Below are positions 41,595 through 54,301 of a DNA stretch of 64,000 nt, one piece after another. A program made the translations under genes and the position numbers. Under the pieces are notes generated by a model. It was not told the DNA's origin and did no database searches. It saw nothing but the letters and a program-made list of their open reading frames with translations. Location of the stretch: contig NC_092355.1 of the NCBI RefSeq assembly GCF_963676685.1, forward strand, positions 18,786,001 to 18,850,000, in the 5' to 3' direction. Position 1 is the first letter of the stretch. Each line of letters begins with the position of its first letter. This DNA is from Mytilus edulis (taxonomy: Eukaryota).

Positions 41595-43306
41595 CCTGAG
41601 CAGTCATCTTTGAAATTCCTTCTAATACCGAGGACGGAGTAGTACAAATTTGTCAAAGACTTGAATGATTACACATTAGGGCCATTTTCCAGATAACTTT
41701 CAATCTTGACTTAAATGCAAAATATCACTGTCAAGCATGTGCACTTTTAGGTTCTTACGCATATTTTAGCTTATTTGTAAACAGGTCATCAAATACATAA
41801 AGACATTGATAATTCCTTTTATCAAAATATATTTTCTCTGGTAGATAAAGACAATATATTAAAACAAAATATCTTGTTTGAATTCCTTATACAACACAAA
41901 AGAGATTACCAGAGACGAAAGAGTGTTGTAAACCCTACATATATTTTAGTGAACTGCAAAATTTTACAGCTTTAACGAAATACTTTTGAGCCAATTAAAT
42001 TTTCATGGTAAAAAAGTTACATAATCTATTTTTTAGATCTATAACATGAAATCAAACAGACCTTTAGATTTCCAATCGCACGAGGTCGCAACCAATATAT
42101 ATTAATGTTTAAGTTTATATCAGGTTCGACAGTTTTTCGGAGGTCATCTCGATATATAATTAGATGACGTCTAGACTAAAGTACAAACACAATTTTGATA
42201 TATTTTATCCAATACATGCTTTGTTAACAGTTCATTTCAGACTTATTGCAATTTGGATATACTATTTAGTATGTTATAAAAGTAAATATTCGAATATGAC
42301 AATTTTAGTAAAATTGTTGAACATGAATTTGACATCTAGTACCCCATTAATGAAATAAAGAAGTTCCAGTAAATATGAATGCAACAAAAAAAATACAAAA
42401 AACTCAACCTGAATTTAAAATACGATCTCAACCTGAATTGTTCCTGGTAAAAGCACGGGTTGCTTACATTTCTATACAGAAACAAAGAAAAATCATTCCT
42501 CAACAACATATTTATTGATATAGAATAATAAGACAGTAGAAATACAAACAAACATGCATTATATCTTTCATCGAGATACCAGTGTTTAGATAAGAGAGCG
42601 ATCGCATGAATTCTAATAATAGCACTTTCACATTTCTTCACTCGTCCAAAGTGAAATAGTAGCAATTGATTGTGATTGATTGATTTGTGTTTAACGACAC
42701 TTTCAACATGATGTAAAAGTTCGTGCCATTCAGTTTTATTGGAAGAGGAAGCAGGAGTGCCCGTCGGTAGTAAAACTGACAATTTTAGGCAATACATATT
42801 GAAGTCGAGTGCATCTGCTCCGTGCAGCGTTAAGAGTTGACAGGCTAGTCATAAACTGCTTCGACTTCTTAGGTAATTCGGGAAATAGTAAAATATATAT
42901 GTTTATATATAAAAGATTTCACTATTTAAATCATTTAAGAACCTTATGATTATATAAAAGTGACGGAACAGACATTTACTAATGTTTATCTCACGTAAAG
43001 TCATTAAAAATGTACCAATCTAGATAAAAAAAAAAAAAAAACACAATATCGAATGCACTCCAAACAGAGAGATCACGGATGTAACGAACGGCTACGTCGA
43101 CAGATCAAAAGTTCAAGTTTACTGGTATGAATGCTTAGTCCGCCATTCGAATTCATACTGAAAGATTATGTCCAGATGAGTACTATCGGTAAACATAAAG
43201 ACCAGACGACTATTCTAAAAATAGTTAAACTAGTCTAATTAAATCGTTAAATGAAATCATGTGGTTACATCTGATAGTTTTGTTACAATAACAATCTCCT
43301 CTTATA

Positions 43307-45151
43307 TTATGAGACCTCTTCAGGGCCTTGTTCTGAAGGTTTTACAATCATATTTCCAGCTTTGATAAGTATCGCAGCATTTGCGATGTTAACGATGGAA
43401 GAAATAAAGTAAAATGTGCATGCAATGGCTGCAATGTAGTATCCGGTAGATATGTTATCTTTTTCTGGGTATCCAGAACCCGCTTGGTCGAAATTTACTG
43501 CCAAAATCGACTGGTAGTGTTCTGTGAAGTAATGTAAATGTGAAGGCTAAGATTGTACCTGAAAATATTTAAATTTCATTATATTTTCCCATTTCAATAA
43601 TTGACTATACTTAACGTATCGACTTAATGTTTTAATGACACTCATATTTGAAAATATTCATACAAACCGTAATTGTTCATTTATAATACAAAATAAATGA
43701 CAACAAAAACATTTCAGAATTATGTCACAATCTCTAGATATCTTATTCGATATTCTAACTTTTGCTCATTGATAAATGCTTATTCTGTAAAAAGTTACAT
43801 GACAAGAATTAATGTTATAGGGACACCGAAGATAAACAAAGAATAGATATGCATATCCATGAAGCAAAGACAAACTAATAACGCCAGTAAAAAAAACCCG
43901 ACAAAACAAAAAAAAACCAATATCTATAAACAAGATTCAAAGGAAAAACAAAATTTTATTACAATTGATTAACACTAAACCCATTTTGAGGTGGGAAAAG
44001 AGGTCTTTAGTTGCAAACGTTGTATCAAATGATATTAGTATATGAATGGAAATATAGTTATGCAATTTTTTTTTTATTCAAATAGTGTATATTCGTCATA
44101 ATCGGTTAATATAGGACGAAGAGGATGAATCTCTGGAGCTAAATGAAAATAATGTTAATGTTTACCTGCACAAACAGATAGGACTGACGATGTTATCCTA
44201 CAGCCATTCAGAACAATGGACCTCTTCTTCAAGAATGGTACCAGACTTCCGGTTAAAAGTATGCATAACGACACTGTTCCTATTCCTAGGGTGGAAAGTA
44301 TCAGTAGTCTTGGTAGTAGCCTCCATAAATCTGTAAAAATGTATATTTTGAATTGACTATCAATAAATATTAATCCATTTATTGGAGTTTTAAACACATG
44401 CACTGATGTCATCTTTATGTATTGATAGCGCTTCTTAAATTGCATCATAATTAATTTAAAAAAAACTTATTTTGTGTAAAAGTAATAATAGAAAGAGATA
44501 GGTTAACTTTCAAGCTCTAATTTTCCATGAATTCGAATATGAAGATTAATGAATCATATACATGACAAAATTGAAACCGTGCACACATATTTCATCCTGA
44601 TGATTAGCATCTATACTTTCATTTATATTTTAATGTTGCAACAATATTTTTTTATTTTTATTATTTAGATCCTAATCATGTTGTTGTCTATTCGTTACAT
44701 GTGTTTAATCATTTGATTATGCAATTTGATTAGGGATTTTCCGTTTTGAATTTTCCTCGGAGTTTTTGTGATATTACTTTTTAATTGGTTCGTTATGATA
44801 TTTCTTTTTCTTTTTTTCACAACAGTTTAAAATGAATGTTAATTAAGCTTAAAACTTTTAAAATGACAATAAGAATGTACAACACAGTATATGCTTTTTT
44901 TTATCCTTACCGTTCCTGATTGGTTTGAAAGTCTGCATGTGTTCTTGGTCACTATTTCCAGACCATGCATCGTAACTAGTCCAAATAGTCTGATAAGCAT
45001 CCAAGTAATAACTGGTTCCATAGTCTATAGGGTTATCGTAAACATTCCATTTAACTTCTTTGGAAAGGGAAGCACCAGCAAGGCACATGGCTATCAGTAT
45101 TAAAACAGACGATACCATTAGAAGAGTAGTTGATAAAGATAAACACTTCAT
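43307..45151 (-). pseudogene. Claudin-like paralog C. Exons 45151-44911, 44330-44166, 43558-43307, with a +1 frameshift at ~43536-43538
   Basis: Exons 1-2 are open and homologous to D (exon 1 54/80 aa identical). Exon 3 reads TTC ACA TTT ACA instead of TTC ACA TTA CAT TAC, giving a stop at 43457-43455 before TM4. Removing one T restores LHYFTEHYQSILAVNFD...YPEKDNISTGYY (218 aa). Confidence 0.75.
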
Positions 45152-45251
45152 GACTTTTGATTACTTCGGATCTTATTTCGAACATTCAATGCAACATACA
45201 TACGATGAAGTTGGTATAGATTCGGCTATTATGTATACAAGTACGTCTTAA

Positions 45252-45815
45252 GGAGGCTCGCGGGTATAAAAGTTTCAGAAAAAAATTAAACATTTATTTT
45301 TCATTACAAATTTTATTTATTAACTTTAGTAGTTGTTACTTTATCATATGGTACAAAAATCTTTTCAAAAGGTCAATCCATGTTGGACCCAGGTGACTTT
45401 TAAAATGTAGTCATCATTGAAAAAGCTCCAAATTATCTCCCTTTGGTGCAAAAATGCAATTTTTTGGCATTAAAATTGAAATATCTTTTTTTAACTCATC
45501 AGTGACCTATATGTTTATTGTTGTTTTCGAATAAGCTGTTCATCAACTAAAAAATTGTAAAATTTAAGCGATTTCTGTAATTTAGTTCTTTTTTTATTTC
45601 TATATTACCTCTATTTCTCCTATTAGTTCAACAGAAAAAAAGGACAATAAGAAAAAAGTATGCTTCTTTCGATGGCAGATTGTGAGCGTAAATAAACCGT
45701 GACCCCATTTTTTTTATTTCATTTTTTCAATTAAGTATAAGATAAGTTCATTTATAGAAGAATATAAAAAAATCCTATATTAAATAAAAAAATTGATTTA
45801 GTCCCGCGAGCCCCC
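45252..45815. mobile_element. MITE with TTAA target duplication and GG...CC termini (Kolobok-like)
   Basis: TTAA-GGAGGCTCGCGGGTATAAA ... TTTAGTCCCGCGAGCCCCC-TTAA. Confidence 0.85.
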
Positions 45816-46633
45816 TTAAATGCTAGGGGAAAAAATGTATAAAAACTTTGACAATATTTCCAATGAATATCTGTCGATGGTAAATACCACAATATATCAG
45901 GATTTTTTTTCTTTTACAAATAAATTGCAGATAATCTAGTTGGTAAAAATTTACCAAAAAAGTCAATAACCGAAAAATCTGTCCTTAAAACAGAAATATT
46001 GCCATAATAGTAAAACTTATTTATACAAAATAAAGAACGTGCAAACAAATATACTAATACACATGGATTTTCATCAAAGAATCCTATTGGTCTACAGAAT
46101 AAATTTCTTCAATGTTAAATTTCTAAAAACAGTCCAGTAAGATTATCAACAACCCTTTTAAGGTGAAACCTCAGTGACAAGTCGATTATTTAGGGTAAAC
46201 CTCTGTTTGTGTTTATAACATGTGTAAGACTAAGGTTAATTTACATAAGGCTATGAAATGATTAAATACAGAAGTTCAAGCTACGTTTGTAATCTAAAAT
46301 GTATGTGAAATTGCGAAATTTCAAACAGATACAGTTTTCCCAATATTTGAAAAATGATAAATAACCGATATCAAATACACATACTTTCATAAGATTAACC
46401 ATCATGCTGGTAAATCATATGTGCTTCTTTCAATGAAGCCAAAGACAAATTGTGTCGAAATTTGAATATATTTAGTTTATTGAGTATGAAATATAATCTA
46501 TACAAAGTAGTATAAAATTGAAAATAGAAATGGGGAATGTGCCAAAAAGGCAACAACCCGACCAAAGAAATTTTTTTAGAAAATGACAATGACAGGACTA
46601 GATATGGATTTTCGAGCATGTCATATGATATAT

Positions 46634-46794
46634 GGATTCCTACACTGCAACAAGTGTATTACGATATTTTTCCACTCATGACAGTTACATTTTAATAATT
46701 AAAGCGCTAGGCTTGCTGAGCTTTATAAATAATTAAAATTTAACTGGTGAGAGTGGAGAAGTATCGTAATACACGAGTTACAGTGGTTGAATCT
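46634..46794. repeat. Degenerate long hairpin (~70-bp arms) within a repeat element
   Basis: CACTGCAACAAGTGTATTACGATATTTTTCCACTC mirrored by GAGTGGAGAAGTATCGTAATACACGAGTTACAGTG, with a GC-rich centre. Confidence 0.7.
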
Positions 46795-47212
46795 GTTTCT
46801 CTTATTATTTTTATCCTTCCTTTTCAAAGATTTGATGTGACGTCATTAGGCATGGTCGCCTTTTTCGTGACGTCACAATAAAACAATTTAGAAGAAAACA
46901 AGAAAATTTAACGTCACAATTAAATTTCAACCGATCATTTGCCGAGTACAGATTTTTCACTAGTGAGGAGAAATCTTTTTCTCGCACCGGTCAGGAAATG
47001 TGAAAATAAAACAAAAAATAAAGAAATGAATTTAACAAACAAAGTTTTTTTGCCAAATGAAACATATATCTAGTTATCCTTAATCAGATATTCTATGTGG
47101 TAAACCTATTTCTTTTTCTATTTTTACTTAATATTATGTAAATCATAATTCAAAGATAAATGAATCCCTGGTTAAAACAGTCTTAAACGAAGAAACAAAT
47201 ATTTTGATATGA

Positions 47213-47256
47213 GCATCACTGATGAGTCTTATGTAGACGAAACGCGAGTCTGGCGT
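47213..47256 (+). ncRNA. Minimal type I hammerhead ribozyme motif (Penelope-like element / retrozyme associated)
   Basis: Stem I GCATCA (47213-18) / TGGCGT (47251-56, one mismatch). Core CTGATGA (47219-25). Stem II GTCT-tatgt-AGAC. GAAA (47239-42). Minimal stem III AC-GCGA-GT. Predicted cleavage after GTC at 47250. Confidence 0.8.
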
Positions 47257-47511
47257 ACTAAATTATAATCCTGGTACCTTTGATAACTTTTTTTTATTGT
47301 ATCAATATATTTAATTGCCCTACAGAGAACGTAACAACATATCTCTTCACATGCATCGTTTTGGTTAATATATTAATGGATATAATTTTCTTAATAGTAT
47401 AGTATACACTTTAACTGCATGGACTATTGTTTTTCTTAATCAGCCATCTATCGTTAAAGCTATCTACATTTAATGCGTAAATTGATTGCTCAATATATAA
47501 ATTTCTGTAAT

Positions 47512-48498
47512 GCGGGGTTCACACATTGCCGATTATTGCTCCCGTTTGAGATCAGAGAGCGATAAGACACGAAAGGTGAAAAAGTCGGATTACTATCCTC
47601 CATTATCTGGAATGTCCTATCATTGTCTGAACGCAGCCATTAAAGTTCTTAACAGATTCCTACGGGTCGGGAAAGGTTCGAATAGTTCGGCGAAGCACCC
47701 CGACAGTTAGATGCGTCCCGTAACATTCGTGGAAACTCAGCCGATTTTGTCTAGTAGGATTACAAGCGTGACTATGTTATGACAGATTCTGCTGTATCGG
47801 ATCAAAATCCCGACAATGTTCTGTATATTCTGGACACTGTCTTGTGGAACGGGAATGATCTGGAGAATTTTTTATTGCTGTTTTTCTGCCGATTGAGTAC
47901 GTATTGAATTCAGATCTTGTCGATTGCGACCAGTTTTTGCCGAAACCGTTCCGGAACAGTCCCGTTATTAATACGAAATTCGTCAATGATACCCACATCA
48001 GAGTCCCGACAATTACAGAATACAATACGACTGAGACCAGACAAAGCCGTTTGCAATGCGATAGAGCGGACCGTGATAGGATTGCATTCCGATAGTACCT
48101 GATCATCCTATATATGCCGACAGTTTTCAAACGGATCTTCCGTCAACGTCGGTTCACTGTCCGGTCACTGTCTGATCTCTGTCGGATTACATTCGGTAGA
48201 ATTGGGACGCAGTCGTGACAGACTCGGTCAAGTTTTACCATGCAAAAGATACAAATTGGATTAGAATCGGATCGAGAACGGGATTCTCGGGACAAATTCG
48301 CTTGGAAACGGTTGAATATCGACGCTTTCTGAACAATATCTGATTGTTGTCGTGATTTAATGTTTATTTTACAAGTTTTAATTAAAGTTTGAATTTCCAT
48401 CCACGATTCACAGGATATTGATCAGACTTTTGACAAATTTTAATCGGGAATTGCCCTGTCAAGGACGGCAGTAAAAATCGTGAAAGTGTGACCCCAGC
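47512..48498. mobile_element. ~1-kb GC-richer non-autonomous DNA transposon
   Basis: Imperfect TIRs GCGGGGTTCACACATT.. / ..AAAGTGTGACCCCAGC. Sharp GC and CpG increase against the flanks. No coherent protein. Confidence 0.6.
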
Positions 48499-49845
48499 TC
48501 AAAATGCTTGAACAAATTTTCTTATAACTGAAAACGTTGTATACGTTTAACTAGTTATGTACACTTCCAGATAATAGTATGTATACGTCTTACAAATACA
48601 TACGAATGGACGTCAATTTAGACAACAAAATTAATATTTTGGAGATATTATAATGCTTAATAGTAAACAAAATTCTAATACCAAGTATTAAGTTCTCTAT
48701 CGCCTATGGTCTAGACAAGTAAGACAACAGATAAAAAGAGGATATTAAAACTCAGTCGAAAATTAAAGAATAAGCAACACAAATCAAACCCCTTAAAAAT
48801 AGAGGATGATCACAAGTACTTACAAACGGTTAGCAGTGCCTTCTTAACATGTTATACCTGTCGTTTTACTTATATGTATATAAAAAAGACGATGTGGTAG
48901 GATTTCCAATGAGACAACTCTCCACAAGAGACCAAATGACAAAGAAATTAACAACTATAGGTCACCTTACGTTGATAAACATATTAAAGTGATAAAGTAT
49001 ATCGTTCGACTCTTAAAAAACTATAAGACATCACCAAATTAATACACTATCTATTATGTCATTTTTCTAACCCCGAAACTTAACAATGTGAGTCGAGTAA
49101 AAATTCTGAAATCAGAACGTTTTTCATGACAAACGATAGACAAGAACGTTACTGGTATTAATAATACAGATGTTGATAAATTAAAAAAAAAAACCACAAA
49201 GAACAACACATAAAACGGACACTAAATCAGCATGAACCACTTTTCTTTAAAACTAGTAGTGATATGATGTGTTCATGAAGTGTGAACAAATCGTACTCCA
49301 CATGTTGCACTCGTCGTGCTGTTCAAGTAAAAACAAGACCGGTGATACGTTAGACTCTATTGATACGTTCAAGTTAAAGAAGGCAGGATTGTGGTTACGA
49401 CAATTCAGATATTCCGTAATGGTGTACGTAACATTGTTGAAGTAGTGCCAGTCAAGGTCGTTAAAAACTTCCATCATCATGTAATTTTGATAATATTGAA
49501 ATTATTGAACCAATGTATGCATTTATACTAAACTAAGTACTGTCTGCCCTTTTTTATTATTCTATAATGAAACTTTAATGTATTATCGACAAATATCATT
49601 GTACTCAGTAATTGTAGATCGGTAGCGGGTTAGCTTTTGAGTTTGTTACCGAATATCGGATCATGACATTGATTATCTATCTACACAGAATACGTGGAGC
49701 TCTTGACAGATAAGTGAAGTGATAGAGACTTAAACATAGTTCTGGACTGTCCATATGTTCTCATTTGTTAATTTAAATGTTCCTTAAAAGTTGTTAATTA
49801 ATTTGTTGTATTACATTTGTTCTTAAAGAATTATTTATTACTTAA

Positions 49846-50195
49846 TAATTACATTAGATGTATGTCATTATAATACGTTATTTTGATTGGCTAACTAGCA
49901 ATCTCGTGATATTCCTATTACACAATACAACTTTTCATTCATGATGACACGAGGTCCCACAATAAACAGCACAGGTTAATGAAAAGAAAACTTGATAAAA
50001 GGTGTGTTTTCATGATCCTATAGGTAAAAATGTAATTATAAGTATTGAATGCTTTTTTTTTTTGTAACTTTATAGGGTTGTAAAAGCGTTGACCGTGCGC
50101 ACATTTTTAGTATGAAGCGCTTCATACAAAATGTACATCGGTAAACGCTTTTACACCCCAATAAATTAACAAAAAAGAGCATTCAATTCTTAATT
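49846..50195 (+). mobile_element. ~350-bp repeat with a long 3' hairpin, copy 1
   Basis: Starts TAATTACATTAGATGTATG. The 3' half folds GTATTGAATGC...AAAAGCGTTGACCG / CGGTAAACGCTTTT...GCATTCAATTC. Second copy at 56643-57015. Confidence 0.8.
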
Positions 50196-51033
50196 ACTTT
50201 CCAGGGCACGTTTATTTACATTCTTTCATCACGGTATTCCCCTCACACTTGCGCTTTGTGGTGGCCAAGTTTTGACGAGAGGTCTTGGTGTTAAGGTCAC
50301 TGCATATCGGAAGGGAAAGTATCGATAAATTAATGTACGGGGGACAATTATAGTAGTATATTTGTGAAGATTTTGATAACATAAAAGATTTTCTTTTGGA
50401 AGAAAGTTCAAGTATACTTGTTTCATAGTTACACTTAGTCATTCAAGAAAATAAAACATATTCAACTTTCTTTTTCGAATTGAAGTTTCATGATGGCAAC
50501 ACAAACAACGCACAACATCTTACCATACACATTAGTTTCACAATTACTTGTTCTAATAACAAATTCGTAAAACTATATTATATTTTGAGCATATTTACTG
50601 CATAAGGTTCTTTGTAGAAAATATTTACCTTTTGTAGAAGCTAAAACGGGAAAAGACGATGTTTACCTAATTAACAAATTGATGTTGAAATTTACCTTTT
50701 AATGTGTTGTATTGCTGTTGTAAAATGCTATGGTGATAGCAATCGATGCAAAGAAAAATAGTGTTTAACAGAAAAAGATCATATTTTTCGATCTCCAAAA
50801 TACGCCCTAATTGTTGATGAATTTTGTTAGCAATGTCAGACGCACAGAAAGATAATTGTACTAAAAATTATTTCATAAACTAATTTCCGAAATCTGATCG
50901 ATTTTATTAATGTGCATGTAGTTTACCAAAAAAATTCACTATCCGCAATAAAAGTATAACTGTTGTCTTTTTTTTTTTATTAAAATGCTTACAAAATAAA
51001 CTAATCCCGTGTAATACAATCATTAAATGGAAA

Positions 51034-54000
51034 TCATGACCTTGCATCCGGTAGCTCTGTTATTGTTATATTGTCATGTGCCTTCTTTGATGTCCCTTGG
51101 TGTTCATCTATCGTAGGTTTCACAATCGCAGTACCAGTTTTTATAAGTATCACTGCATTTGCGATATTAACACTGGCAGAAATGAAATAAAATGTGCATG
51201 CAATCGCTGCAATGTAGAATCCTGTAGATTTGTTATCTTTATCTGGGTACCCTGAATTAACATCGTCAAAAATATTCGTCAAAATCGACTGATAATGCTC
51301 ATCGAAATATTTTAGAGTGTAGACCAAGAGGCTGCCTGAAATTATATGACATGATATATTTTCACACATTTGTATATAAATGTACTTAAAAATATAATTT
51401 TAACTCAGTGTTCTCTTATTATGCTGTTGTACTAATATCTGTTCCTTTATTTACAATATCACTTTTATTGTACTACTTTAAAGAATAAATATGATAAGAA
51501 TGCCAAGTTTCACTGCCGTTTAATACCTCAATTTGATCAAACTTGGATAGATGCGAAGTTAGGAATTACTGCAATCAAACCTTTTTTGTACTTTTTATTT
51601 ATACAAATGCAGAATATAACATGCTTTAAAATACGTTACGAAACAAGTAGGTCAAATATTTCAAAAGGATAATCAAAGCTTATAAATCGAGGAAATGACA
51701 AATGAGATTACCTTAATCATTAAGTGCCAGTCTGCCTAAGAATCAGGCAATGGTGAAAACATGATAAAAAAAACCACCCTATTTGACATTGATTTCAGTT
51801 AATAATATGTAGTTATGCACAAAAATTACATTCATTTCCATTTTCTGTTCTGGTAATAGAAGATACAATTTGGTTGAAATGCACTAGAAATTTACAAAAA
51901 AAAAGGAGATAACTCTGTAATTTGCTATCATTTTAACCAATTTTCAACCAAGTTATTTGATATTACCAGACACAGACAAACAAAAGACCAATTATCTTTA
52001 ACTCAGGATGATGGTTTGTATTAAATAGCATGATTAGCTCGGTGGGTTTTTTCTAATCATGTTTTAATTTTTACCTAAATTGCCCTATTCTTACAAAGAC
52101 TGGCACTTAATTGTGAGTATCTGCCAGTAGATAATGTTGTAGTTTTACTTGATATATGATTGTCCGTTAAGAAAACCGTTAAAAAATTACTATATATACA
52201 TTGTTATGTAATATATTCAACATGGCGTTCTACAACTAAATGTATAAAATACATCAGAAAACTGAAATGTTATACATATCATAAGCCAATCATATTACGG
52301 TTAAACCTAATTAAACTTAATGTTAAATCTATGTTAACAGTTATCAAAGGTACCAGACTTATAATTTGATAAGCAAATAACAATTTCAAAGTGTAAACAC
52401 AAAAATAGAAAAGAAATTATGTTTGAAGAAAATTATTGTATACCTGCGCATACAGATATGACTGACGATGCTATCCGACCGCCATTCAGAATACATGGCT
52501 TTTTCTTCAAAATTGGCACCAGACTTGCCAGTAAGAGGACACATATGGACAATGTACCTAATCCGAGGGTTGAAAGTATAAGGAGTCTTGGCAACAATCT
52601 CCATGAATCTGAAAAAAAAACCATACATTGAATTAACTGCAAAAACGCATTTTATTTATTTAAAATGGAAAATGGAAAGAGACAACAACCCGACCAAAGA
52701 GCGACAAACAGCCGAAAGCCACCAACAGGCCTTCCATACAAAGGGAAAATCCCGCACCTAGAGGCGTGCTTCAGTTTGGCCCTAAACAAAAATTTGTACT
52801 AGTTCAGTGATAATAGACGTCATATTTAACTCTGCAATATATAAAAGTGCTAAAATTAAAAATCATACAAGACTAACAAAGGGCGGCGGGTTCAAACATG
52901 TTAAAAAAATACATTATTGTTGAATGAAGTACTTATATGAGAATTTACATTACGACGCTTTTTCAAGATCAGACGGATGTGATTTTATTTCTACCCCTAT
53001 CATAAGTGTTATGCATATCCAAATTTATAGAGGAATGCGAAAAATATCAAAAAGGAACATTCAAACTCATAAGTCGAAAACAAACTAATTGGTTAAAAAA
53101 GGAAAAAAGGAAAAGATCAAAAGAAAAACAACAGTACACAAAATATATGTATATGTTTTTGTTAAATCATTAATAAAAGAGAAATAGTGAAATATTATAT
53201 CGCTTTCAGTAGCCAGTATGGTTCAATTTTTGTCAAAATAAGCTAAAAAAACATATATGATGAATTATTCACTTAAGCTTCCAAGTGAATCACTCGACCT
53301 AATTGAATCTATTTTCACGTTATCTTCAATTCAATCCCTAGAGATTGATTACGCATGAAGTATGCGTGTTCAATTGTAAAAAGGAAAAACATGTCAACAT
53401 TGAAAGTAAAACAAAGATAAATCATTTGATTGACTGATTCGATTCAGAAAAACTCATTCTTATCCAGGTAAAAACGATAATTAAATCACTTTTTTTTTTT
53501 TAAATCTAACAGACATAGAAAATCATAATTACCCGAGGTCGCTATCTATTTATATATATATATGACTGTATGTTTCTATCGTTTTATGTGACCTTCGTCA
53601 GTTTTCGGAGGTCATCATTATAGGTAATCAGATGGCGTCTAGACAAAAATACACACGAAATTCTGATCTATATAATCAGGTATATACATTGATAACTGAT
53701 TATATAAGACTTTTTGTTATTTGGATATGTGTTTTGGTATGTTATAAATCAAATATGAGAATAGGTGAACATGACTTTGACAGCTAGGAGTTGTTGCCTC
53801 ATAGTCCTATATTTGCACATAAGTATAAAAAAATAATGGATGGATAGAAATTCTTTCCTGTAAAATTATCTTGCAGAGAAGATTTCCAAAACAGTTTACT
53901 TTAAAAAAAATAAGTTTGTAGCATTTTTTCCAATTCTATGCAAAAATGCAAGGAGAGTAATGCAGAAGTATACATTCCATGTATATGCTTGCTTTAATTA

Positions 54001-54301
54001 CATCTTGAAATGATAATAAAAGTATGTTTTGTTTAATGTTGTCCGAATTTTCGTTCTTACCGTCTTTGATTGGTTTGAAAACCTGCATGTGTGTTGGGTC
54101 TGAGCTCCCAGTCCATGCATCGTAACTGGTCCATAATGTCTGGTAAGCATACAAGTACCAAGGAGTCCCATAGTCTAATTCATAGTTGTAAAAATTCCAT
54201 TTCACGGATTTTGCAAGAGACGCACCGGCAAGAGACAAAGCTATCAGTATTGAAACAGATGAAATCAACAGCAGGGTAGATGGTAATGATAAACGCTTCA
54301 T
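51034..54301 (-). CDS. Claudin/PMP22-superfamily-like 4-TM protein, paralog D (intact, 235 aa). Exons 54301-54061, 52608-52444, 51335-51034
   Basis: GT-AG sites at the same codon positions as in the paralogs. 241+165+302=708 nt open frame. Motifs KW..Y, AYQTLWTSYD, DSWRLLPRLLIL, YPDKDNKSTGFY, IVKP. Confidence 0.88.
51720..52110. mobile_element. MITE-like element in intron 2 of gene D
   Basis: TTAAGTGCCAGTCT...AAGAAT mirrored by ATTCTT...AGACTGGCACTTAA, plus inner inverted AAAACATGAT / ATCATGTTTT. Confidence 0.75.

Noticed and set aside
42336-42797. 153-aa minus-strand ORF
   Set aside because: Built from repeat fragments and T-rich sequence, with no homology to the cluster exons.
47510-48400. 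Cluster of 61-117 aa ORFs on both strands
   Set aside because: They lie inside a GC-richer TIR element where stops are rarer, and show no transposase or other motif.
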